Positions 19,868-29,600 of a stretch of DNA of 64,000 nucleotides are shown piece by piece (the first letter of the stretch is position 1; every line of letters begins with the position of its first letter). The position numbers and the translations under genes were made by a program. The DNA lies in NCBI GenBank assembly GCA_964572155.1, contig CAZNDZ010000001.1, forward strand, positions 143,300-207,299. The letters run 5' to 3'. This DNA is from an uncultured Planctomycetales bacterium. Lineage in GTDB: Bacteria > Omnitrophota > Gorgyraeia > Zapsychrales > Fredricksoniimonadaceae. The notes under the pieces are model-generated. The model saw nothing but the letters and a program-made list of their open reading frames with translations. It did no database searches and had not been told where the DNA came from.

Positions 19868-19896
19868 ACTATACCTCAGGAAGGCTTTTTTGGCAA
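19868..19896 (-). promoter_or_regulatory. sigma70-like promoter TTGCCA-17nt-TATAGT upstream of rpmA
   Basis: read on the minus strand directly after the stop of the DsbA-like gene; near-consensus hexamers and spacing. Confidence 0.4.
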
Positions 19897-20715
19897 CTAT
19901 AATTTATCGATGATCTCTTTGTAGCCAGCCGCATCACGAACCATGGCTTTTTTGCCATTGATAAAGAATGTTGGGGTGCCGCGCACATCACTGGACTCAA
20001 CTAACTTAGCATCTTCGACCAATATCGCTTCATATTTGGCATCATTATTCTTAAAGTCTGAAACCAACCGGCTATGATTTAACCCAATCTTCTGAGCATA
20101 CTCTTTGATCTTTGCATCAGAAACATCAGCGCCATTATCCATTAAGATCTCCATCATTTCTTTATACTTTCCTTGTTCGCTAGCTGCAAATGCCAACTTG
20201 GCAGCAGGACGTGCATTAGGATGAAAAGGAAGGGGGAAATTCTTTATAACCAAACGTACTTTATCTGGATAATTTTTTAGAGTTTCTTTAATTGCTGGAT
20301 AAAAGCGCCCACAAAAAGGACATTGCAAATCTGTAAACATCACAAGCGTGACAGGCGCATCTTTCTTTCCAATGATCACCGAATTACCGACGGGAATATC
20401 ATACACTTTATTCATATCTTCCGCTGGTGGTTGTTGTTGTGGAGGCATTTGGGGCTGTGCTGGTTGACGCGCTGCGGCGGCAATGCTATCGGCCTTAGAA
20501 ATTAATTTCTGCAAGATCACTTGTTGCTCATCAACTTTACTACTTAAATCTTTAACGGACTTTTGTAACTCTTCTTGACCCGTTGTAACTTCTTTTAATG
20601 CCATATAAATTGGTGCATTCGCATTGCTAACCGTATTATTAATACCTAATAGTAGACTTACGCCTGCTAAAACACCCACTAAAACTGAAAGCACCACGGT
20701 AAAGATGTTGTTCAT
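19897..20715 (-). CDS. DsbA-family thiol:disulfide oxidoreductase with N-terminal membrane anchor
   Basis: 272 aa; N-terminal TM, coiled-coil and P/Q-rich linker, then thioredoxin fold with CPFC active site. Confidence 0.75.
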   Translation of the reverse strand: MNNIFTVVLSVLVGVLAGVSLLLGINNTVSNANAPIYMALKEVTTGQEELQKSVKDLSSKVDEQQVILQKLISKADSIAAAARQPAQPQMPPQQQPPAEDMNKVYDIPVGNSVIIGKKDAPVTLVMFTDLQCPFCGRFYPAIKETLKNYPDKVRLVIKNFPLPFHPNARPAAKLAFAASEQGKYKEMMEILMDNGADVSDAKIKEYAQKIGLNHSRLVSDFKNNDAKYEAILVEDAKLVESSDVRGTPTFFINGKKAMVRDAAGYKEIIDKL

Positions 20716-20728
20716 ACGGTTCTCCTGG

Positions 20729-21559
20729 TTATAAATCTACTTTCCCATAACGCTCAATGATAAATTTAACATCATCCCATCGTCGATGACTTTTAAAAAC
20801 GCCTATGATGAGGGTGCGCCCATTTTTTTGCACAGAACCAATAAAACATGACTGGGCTTGTTTGGTAAACCCTGTCTTACCAACCACATCCATTTTCCAA
20901 TTCAACAACAAGGCACGGTTATGTGTCTTTAAAAAATGCCGCCGCCCATCTTTGGAATAAATGATGCGATATTTATAAGTTATTATCCTGTTAAAAACTG
21001 GGTTTTTCAAGGCTTCTTGCATTATTTTTGCCATGTCTTTGGCTGTGGTGTATTGAACAGATGTTGATGGCAATCCCGATGGATTGCTAAAACACGTGCG
21101 TGTTGCCCCCAATTGACGGGCGCGATTATTCATCATGGCGACGAAATTATTTTGAGTCCCGCCAACAGCCTCTGCCAACACATTGGCGGCATCATTAGCA
21201 GACTTTAGAAGAATGGCAAATAATAGATCCCTAACGCGATATTGTTCGCCAGCCCTTAATCCAAGTTTTGTTTCTTGAACCTGTGTGGCTTTTTGAGAAA
21301 CGGTGACCAATTGATCTAATGGCAATTTCTCCAAAACCAACAATGCCGTCATGACTTTGGTTGTGCTGGCTGGATAAATCGGACGATCAGCATTCTTCTG
21401 ATAAAGCATTTTATTGGCTGTGGCATCCCACAAAAGTGCCGATGTTGCATAGACGGCTGGGCGTTTATATTTTTTCTTTTTATGTTTGCGGGCAGAAAAA
21501 CCATCTGATGGGAAAGCGACAAGCAGAATCAGAAAACAAGCAATAATCCGTCTTAGCAT
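20729..21559 (-). CDS. D-alanyl-D-alanine carboxypeptidase (peptidase S11, PBP5-like)
   Basis: signal peptide MLRRIIACFLILLVAFPSDGFSA; SxxK (ASTTK), SxN (SAND) and KTG (GKTGFT) motifs; start taken at ATG 21559. Confidence 0.8.
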   Translation of the reverse strand: MLRRIIACFLILLVAFPSDGFSARKHKKKKYKRPAVYATSALLWDATANKMLYQKNADRPIYPASTTKVMTALLVLEKLPLDQLVTVSQKATQVQETKLGLRAGEQYRVRDLLFAILLKSANDAANVLAEAVGGTQNNFVAMMNNRARQLGATRTCFSNPSGLPSTSVQYTTAKDMAKIMQEALKNPVFNRIITYKYRIIYSKDGRRHFLKTHNRALLLNWKMDVVGKTGFTKQAQSCFIGSVQKNGRTLIIGVFKSHRRWDDVKFIIERYGKVDL

Positions 21560-22485
21560 ACCACGCTCTTGGCCGCCGCCTCGCGGACACATTCAATGGC
21601 TTGAGCTATGCCAGGGGTGGGCATTTGCATGCTCCCTTGGGCTAATCCAATATGCCAACCTTGTGGAATTTTTACAATCGATATGCGCACATGTTGCACC
21701 AAATCTTCGTCATGAACCAAAACGTAGACGAGACCGCGCTGCTGCGCAGCATCAAATAAATAATCTTTGAACACTACCGCACATGTGCCGTTTGAAAAAT
21801 CGGTCATGCTAAAATGGTCGGGGTCAAATTGAGGTAATGTATGGTGTTGAATAGCTGTGCCTTCTTTTAATGGGATATCTGCATGTTCTTGTTTCGTCAA
21901 TAACAGCTCATAAAAATCTTGTTGCCCGCCCTCTTGCCACTTGCGCTCAAACTTGGTGCCGTAATTTGCGCCGATGACGGTTTCTTTTAAATCAAAACCA
22001 CTGCCTGGCACTTGCTCTTTGATCCATTGGGCATACGCTTTAAAATCCGTCACAACTTTTAAAGCCCCGCCATCTTGTAAACGGCTATTGGCTAGACGTA
22101 AAAAATCCGTTTGCAGCAACCGGTGTTTGATATCGGACTTCTTGGGCCACGGTGCTGGAAACAGACAATGAATAAACGCGAGACTTTTAGGTGTAAATAA
22201 ATACTCTAATGCTGGGCGCACATCTACGCGCATCACCCGCGCATTACAATGCTCAACACGACTTAACTTGCGCAAGCTGCGCGCCACACGTTCGCAATAA
22301 ACTTCAAAACCCACATAATTGATATTTGGATTTTCCGTCGCTATGCGGGCTAAATATTCGCCATTGCCAATGCCGATTTCAACTTCTAGAGCTTTGTCAT
22401 TTCCAAAAACTTTTTTCCAATCAACGGGCCGCTCTTGGGACGCATGGTCCAAAAAAGGTTTTAGGGAAACATACAACGGTTTCAC
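21553..22485 (-). CDS. trmB: tRNA (guanine-N7)-methyltransferase with C-terminal extension
   Basis: 310 aa; SAM-MTase block LEVEIGIGNGEYL..NYVGFEV plus TrmB-type downstream blocks. Confidence 0.75.
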   Translation of the reverse strand: MKPLYVSLKPFLDHASQERPVDWKKVFGNDKALEVEIGIGNGEYLARIATENPNINYVGFEVYCERVARSLRKLSRVEHCNARVMRVDVRPALEYLFTPKSLAFIHCLFPAPWPKKSDIKHRLLQTDFLRLANSRLQDGGALKVVTDFKAYAQWIKEQVPGSGFDLKETVIGANYGTKFERKWQEGGQQDFYELLLTKQEHADIPLKEGTAIQHHTLPQFDPDHFSMTDFSNGTCAVVFKDYLFDAAQQRGLVYVLVHDEDLVQHVRISIVKIPQGWHIGLAQGSMQMPTPGIAQAIECVREAAAKSVVC

Positions 22486-22907
22486 TTTAACTTATCCCAA
22501 CCCTTTGCGGTCAATACGCCTTGGCAGAATTTTAATGGCATTAATTCAGCATCACTAACTACACCGTCGGGAATAACCACAGACGTGACATAATATTCAA
22601 CGGTGCATTTACCCTTAGCTTCTTCTACGTCGCTTGTTTTATAAGGATTATTTAATGTGACAGGTGCAGGTGAACCTTGTGCAGCATTTAAATTGGTATA
22701 ACCAATGATAATCGTCTGTCCCATGATGTCATGAACTTGTTGTAACGTCATGCCAACTGTGACCTTTTTTAATGCGCTTTGATTTAGCTCATAGGTGCCT
22801 GTTGTCGCTGCGGCAACAGGATTGTAGCCTTCATTCATCGCACAACCAGAGGTCAAGATACACAAAAATGATATTAAAATAAACTTTAACATGTGGCTAT
22901 TATACAT
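22482..22907 (-). CDS. lipoprotein, BamE/SmpA-OmlA-like
   Basis: 141 aa; lipobox LTSG|C; KVTVGMTLQQVHDIMGQ resembles the BamE motif. Confidence 0.45.
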   Translation of the reverse strand: MYNSHMLKFILISFLCILTSGCAMNEGYNPVAAATTGTYELNQSALKKVTVGMTLQQVHDIMGQTIIIGYTNLNAAQGSPAPVTLNNPYKTSDVEEAKGKCTVEYYVTSVVIPDGVVSDAELMPLKFCQGVLTAKGWDKLK

Positions 22908-22930
22908 AATCTTGAAGGATGAACAATAGA

Positions 22931-23644
22931 TTAAATTTCGGCTTGCAGATAAGCTTTGCGACGCTCAGGGCTTAATCGTTCAATGCTGTAACGCAGCATC
23001 ACACGCGGCATTTTTTTATAGTTGCGGCACAGATAATCTTCCATAATATCCATCCCAACGCGCTTGCCAACCTCACGCAACATCCAGCCAGCGGCCTTAT
23101 GAATTAACTCTTGGTCGTCTTTGAGGAGCATGCTGGCAACGGTTAATGTGGGTTCTTTTTTACCTTGGCGGATGGTGTGAAAACAGGCGACGATCGCGAT
23201 GCGACGCTTCCACAGGCTCTTGGAACGCGCAAGTTTTAAAAGAACTTCGTGATTCTTATGATTCAAATAAGCGCCAACAATTTGATAGGCGCTGGCATCG
23301 ACCAAATCCCAATTGTTAATGCGTGGCGCTTTCTTTAAATAGAATTGATAAATCGCTTTACGTTGTTTTTCGGTGCCTTTATTAAACTGCGCAACTAAAA
23401 TCAAGATCGCCGTTAAGCGTTCTTCATGAATATGACTATCTAAGAGCGTGCCAATGTCTTTAAGCGACAGATGCAAATATTTTGATGCAATGGTGCGCTG
23501 TACAGGAACCGTGACCCCAATAAAAACATCGCCATGCCCATATTCCCCCTTGCCTGTCTTAAAAAATTTCTGGGAAATAATGGCCCGCGCCGGATTTGAC
23601 TTAGTCTTAAGATCTTTACGTAATTGAGCGACGTCATTTAGCAT
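22931..23644 (-). CDS. DNA alkylation repair protein (AlkD/AlkC-like HEAT-repeat glycosylase family)
   Basis: 237 aa; NNWDLVD motif and helical-repeat pattern of PF08713. Confidence 0.7.
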   Translation of the reverse strand: MLNDVAQLRKDLKTKSNPARAIISQKFFKTGKGEYGHGDVFIGVTVPVQRTIASKYLHLSLKDIGTLLDSHIHEERLTAILILVAQFNKGTEKQRKAIYQFYLKKAPRINNWDLVDASAYQIVGAYLNHKNHEVLLKLARSKSLWKRRIAIVACFHTIRQGKKEPTLTVASMLLKDDQELIHKAAGWMLREVGKRVGMDIMEDYLCRNYKKMPRVMLRYSIERLSPERRKAYLQAEI

Positions 23645-23675
23645 ATTGACATGAATTATGCCATAAGAGTTTGCG

Positions 23676-26600
23676 CTATGCTCGCGCTTTTCTCTTTTTC
23701 TTTAACTTGCTCATGCGTTGTGCCGCTCTGCCCCTTGTCACAACACCAAGCAATGGGTGGTAGGATTCTTTATAAAGCTTTATAAATACCTCTTGGACGA
23801 TTTTTGGGATCGGCAAACTGACGATAAAATCTAATCGTCGGTTAATCTTCTCTAGCCAATCTTTTGCGGAGCGATCCATACGTGGCGTTAAATTTGAGAC
23901 GGAATCTGCCACCTTAATCACACCCAATGCAGCTAATAATAATCTGAGCGTCTCTTTGTCTTGAACTTGTCGAACGCGTTTGCGCATGGCATGTATAAAA
24001 TCCGCATCGGTTTCGCCGTTGCGTTTGGTGACGACATCAATCATGAATACAATTTCTTTAGCCGATGCAGCCTCTACTTGACTTAATAATCCTTCTAGAT
24101 TTGCTTTTGATTGTTCTAAGGTTTCACCAAAAGCAACTTCTTTAATCCTTGCTTCAACCCAATCATGCAATAATGCCGTGGACAAAGCCACATCCAAACG
24201 CACATGCAAATCATTTAAATATCGAAGTAATGGTCGATTATTAAGGACGATTTCCATAACACCCAACAAATGGAAAATATAAGGATGTCCGTCAGAGCGC
24301 TTCTCATCTTTATGCTGTTCATACGCAATGTCGAAAGCTTTAAGAATTAATGGCATATTGATATCTTGATCATACGCATAAGCCCTTGCCAATAAACGAT
24401 CAAACCATTCTCTAAAATACACAGCCACATACGCATCATATTGACGTTCATACGCATAAATAGGGATGTTGCTTAATCCCATGAAAGTTAAATCCACATG
24501 ATCCGAATACCTTTGTGTGAACTCAGGAATCTCATTGAACCATTTTTGGGCGGTTGTAATCAACATGCCTTTAGGATGAATCCATTGCACCAAGCGGTTG
24601 GCCACCAGAACGGTTGCCATGGGCTTGTTGGGATCTTGTTGGGCTTCCACCTTAAATTCCACCGCTTGCATCATAATCAGATCAAACTTTGTGCCATTAA
24701 TAGGGGCGTAATCTTCAATGCGCTCTTCTTGGAATTCAAAATATGCTTTGTACTTTTCTTGCAACTCAACGTGGTTAATGTCCGCGAATGCAAAGAAATG
24801 GTCGATGATCTTCTGTGTCTCTGTTGGAATAAAACGTTTTGCCGCATTGGTCTTGAAATATTCCAAATTGTACCTGCCACGCTTTGCAATGTTTAAGTCT
24901 TCTGGATTCGGATCAAATACTGTGATCTTAAAATTTTCTGGTGTTAACAGTTGGCCGCCCCATAATTCTGGATGAGCACGATTATCTTCTATGATATAAA
25001 CCAAAGCACGTACGGCATTAACAGCAGAAGGTTGTGTTAATTGACGCAGGTAAATGTCTAAAATATCAAGCCGCCCGCGTTGATTAAATAATTGTCTTAA
25101 ATTTGGGATGGATTTCTTAATCAATGTTACAGCACCGCTGTTGGATTTAAATAACTCGATCTTGTAACGAATGACCATGTTCTTAAAATAAGAAACATGT
25201 TGGTTGGCTTGTGCGCGAATTTGTGGGTATGTTCTTCCACCTTGTTCATTGTAGTAAATGGCAAATATTTCGTAGACGAGTGTTTGCTCTAGAACCATGC
25301 GATTTTTTAACGCTGCCGGAAATAAGATAACAACATAAATATGTTTATGCTTTGCAGCAAATCTGGTGTTCATGGCATAAAGCGTATTGCCATCTCCGAC
25401 GCGACGAGTCCACTCATCTTGCATTTTCTTATCAGCTTGCACAATCACCAATTCATTGCCTTCATTCTGGCCTTCTAGCATTTGAACCAAAACTTCTGGC
25501 GCTTTCATTTCATGAAAGAATTCTTCTATTTTTCCTCGAACATCTACATAATTTCGATCTGTCTTTAACAGACGTAATTCATGTTTAACTAAATTTAAAA
25601 TCTTTCCTCTATTAAAAAAAAGAAAATCATGCGCCTCTTTTAAACCTGCTTCATCTAACGGCAACAATGTCCGTGCAGGGTCAACGGACTTATTTTTTCT
25701 AATGTCTCGGCCAAGTGATATGAAATATGCATGAATCACACCACCAATTGCAGCGAGTGCCCAGCCATTTGATTTTGTAACAACAAAGATCGTTGTGCCT
25801 GGGAACAGAAAAGAACCTGGAAAAAATATTTTGTAGATGATGGTGCTTATCGCTAAAAATCCTGCGGCAACAACGAGTCTAGCTAAAGTTACATTGTATG
25901 CCCTTGGCCCTAGTCTATTTTGAATGATGTCAAAGGCTTGCTTACGAATCCACGCAAAAACTAAATAACTTGCGACGCTGCTACCAAATAATACGATCGT
26001 GGCTCCAAAACTATAAAGCATATTGTCATAGATTGGCCCAGACCCGAGGCTCATTAAATTCGCGATGATAAACGTCCAAATAGCTGTCTCTTTAATTGAC
26101 CTAAAATCTAAAATTTCATAACGTTCACGAGCTGTTGGATTTGAATGATTCACAAATGATGTGGCAACCAAGTTGCCAATATCTTCATTAACCTGATGGG
26201 ATAAACCTAAGATCGCACCTGCTTCATGCGCAATTGAATTTAAGATGTCTTTTTTATCTTTGTTGCGTTGTGGCATGAGAACGATGACGTTATATTGAGC
26301 ATCTTTAAAGCTAACCGGCAAATGGAATGCGGATATTTTAGGAGCGGCTACGTTACGCAAACGGTTGAGCCAAACTTTAATGTCATGCTTTAATTGCGCC
26401 GGTGCATTGATAACAATGGTGTGTTTATTGCGCAATAAATCGATCATGCGACCGATATTATCATTGTAACTAGAGTAGTTCTTTTTTAATTGCTCTAGTT
26501 GAGCAATTGTCTCTAAGATTTCTTTTTCATATGTTTGCGTCCCAGGGGCATTGTTTAAAACTGCCTCTAGGGCAAGCTCGATGCTGGGTACATATTTCGC

Positions 26601-29600
26601 AATGATCTTCCTTAACGATTGACGCTGTTGCTTTGTCATTTCCCAGGAACTACGTGCAACATCCTTAGCGTTATCTTTTAGTAAGAAGACTTCTTTATCT
26701 TTAAGACCAAAGATATGACTGACAGACCCTACATATTCTTGAGGCGTATTAAACTCTTTACCGCTTAATACAACCAAAAAGAATGTGAAAAGCTGATGAT
26801 TTGTTTTGAAATTAAGTTTGGCGATCTCTGTTTCCAGGCCCGTTTTTCTATCGCTTTCACGACGTAGATATAGTAAATATGGGATCGACCTCTTTAATAC
26901 AGCCATGGCAAAAATAAATTTCGCTGAGTGGCGCAACTGAAGCCTTGGGGCAAGTTGAAAATATTCTGCGTAAAGCGTCACCATTAAGAATAACAAGTCA
27001 TCATTCTTATAACCTTCAAAATCGATGCGATATCCAACCGCTTCATAGACAATCCCGCCGATATCATTGCCAACAGGAATTCTAATTGGAACACCTTCTG
27101 GCCAAGCAATTTTAAAAACCTTTAAATACTGCGCCTTAATCCATTGTTGTTTTGCTGCAACTTTTTCTCTTAAAGTAGGCTCTGGTGAATATACAATCGG
27201 CTGCGTCTTGATTGGAACAAAAATGCTTTTTGATGACTTGATTGGATCAATGATCACAGGGTCTTGCATATAATGTAACCATGCATGCGCTATAAACACA
27301 ACCAACGCTTCAATCCCAAACACATACAATGGTATTTTTTGTTGAAAGATAATACCTAAAACAATAAAGAGCCAAACAACCACATTCACCATATTTTTCC
27401 ATGTTGCTTTTGAAATGACTTCCGATGAACCTTCGATGCCAATCACTCGATCTAAATTGGAAAGCTTCATTAAACGTCGCTGGGCTTTAATCGCTGCCTT
27501 TTCTGTTGGTTGCTGTTCATGAGCGATAACATGGGCAATGAAACGCAAGGCTTGAGCTTGTGTTAAACCAAGCCTGTTGGTTAAAATATAATAGATAACG
27601 TCTTGAGGCTCTTCGTTATTTCTAACCGTGATCATCCATTTCCACGTCGTAACATATTGACCGTTAATCTTAACTGTTTTGCTTTGGGCAATCACACCTT
27701 GGGGCAGCATCGCATGTTCTTCTAAAAACTCTTTTAATGCTCTTGTCCATTTCGCTAAATCTCTAAATTGTTTAGCGCGCAGAACATCACGCTCTTGTGA
27801 AGCCGCTTTATCTTGTTCAAGGTCTGACCAATTGTGATGACTATCTTGAGATGTATTGTCGTTATATAACCATGGGAACATGTAACGGCTAAATCTTTCC
27901 CATGAACCTAATGACTGCAAATACTTCTCTCTTGCAATCTGGTTGATATCTTGAATGCTGGAACGGATCAACATAGCCACTTCATCATCAAAATACCGAC
28001 CCAAAATCAATCTGCGATACGGCGTCATCCATATCTCATTTAATTTAAATTTAATGTCTTCCCTATATTCAAAAGCCCATACAATACCCGCAACATAAGA
28101 TTCACCTGTTCTTGTATTCACAACTTGAGCAATGAGATTCTTTTGCAAATCACTGTTAATCATATCCCACGCTTCAGTGGCATTTAATTCTTGTGAGCTT
28201 GCTCGTAACCATATGTCTGGATAAAGTGTTGGTATGGTAAACGCGTCAGCGAGCGTCATGCTGCGGACAACCAAAACCGAATCATTCTCAGAGATAAAAT
28301 TATGCACCCGAATATGGGGCGTATTCATGATGTAATGGCTGCCAGTCTGATCATCTCTTAGGTTAAAAATATCTTTAAGCGTGACATCGATGCTCACCAT
28401 TTTTTTCTTGTCTAACGCTAATTCATGAAACCATGCGACTTGTGCGGCCAAGGCTAAGGATTCTGTTGGCTGTGCTTCGTGGCGTTTGATGTTTTCTAGA
28501 ATTTCGTATGCTCTTTGTTGTGGGAATTGCTCTAACAATAAGGCTCTGACGGTTGCTTCACCGTTTTCAAAAACAGCATTCCATTGAATCTTACCCGCTT
28601 CATGTTTCGCAAAATCAAAATGACGTAATTCACTGGCTGTTCCACGAACTCGTCCTAGACGGAGCAATTGGATGATGAAATCTTTCAAATCTTTTTCAAG
28701 CGTTGAAAAGCCTTCATAAGCAACTGTATCATTGCGGTACTTCATCTTTGCTTCGGCCATCCCTGCAATCGAAATCGCGTGACCTGCTTTCTTGGGTAAA
28801 CGAACAATGATTTGATAATAATCATCTTTTTTATTTCTGTAATCATCGACCCTAACCATAAAGCGTGGTGATTGTGTGATTAAGACAATGCGCTGCAATT
28901 TTCCTAATTCAAATGTGCGGGACAACCATCGCCCAAGCCAATATAAACGCCCATTGATGAGTTGCAATTTTCTGACCGTCAATAATGCATCCAAACGTTG
29001 CTCTCGGGTTTGAAAGTCTAATATATAAACTCGTTTTGTGTTAGGTAATGGATAAATCATCGACACGCCGCGACGTTCATCACCCCGTGAACTAAAGAAA
29101 TATCCATCATTAAACTTAGCCGCACCAAAAACTTCATGAAAACCAATTGCGGATTCAGGGCTATGGGTCATTAAAAATTCCACATTAGAATCTTGCATGG
29201 CCAACGCTTTGATATTGGTGATCAACAGCTTAGATAGATCTTTAGGGAAGTGGCTTCCATAATATGCCTTGCGATCTTTTGACACGCCTTTTAGATATGG
29301 GATACCGGTGCTGTGTGGGACAATGGCATTGCCATTAGGATCAAAGTTGTTTCGTACTTTCTGAATCGATTCCCAAATGGTTCCCTTCACATCACTTGAT
29401 TCAATTTTTGCTAACAGCAAATCATCCAACATAACTTTTGTCGTCCAGATAACAGAGCCCAAATAAGCACCTGAACCATTTTGTGCAACTTCAGCAACTA
29501 ACTGACCTTCAGGGTTCTTTAAAATCATGCCCCAAGCTTGATGGGCATCAAAGATATCTGACGGTGTTGTCATCCAAATGTCCTGTTGTAATGCAGCAAC

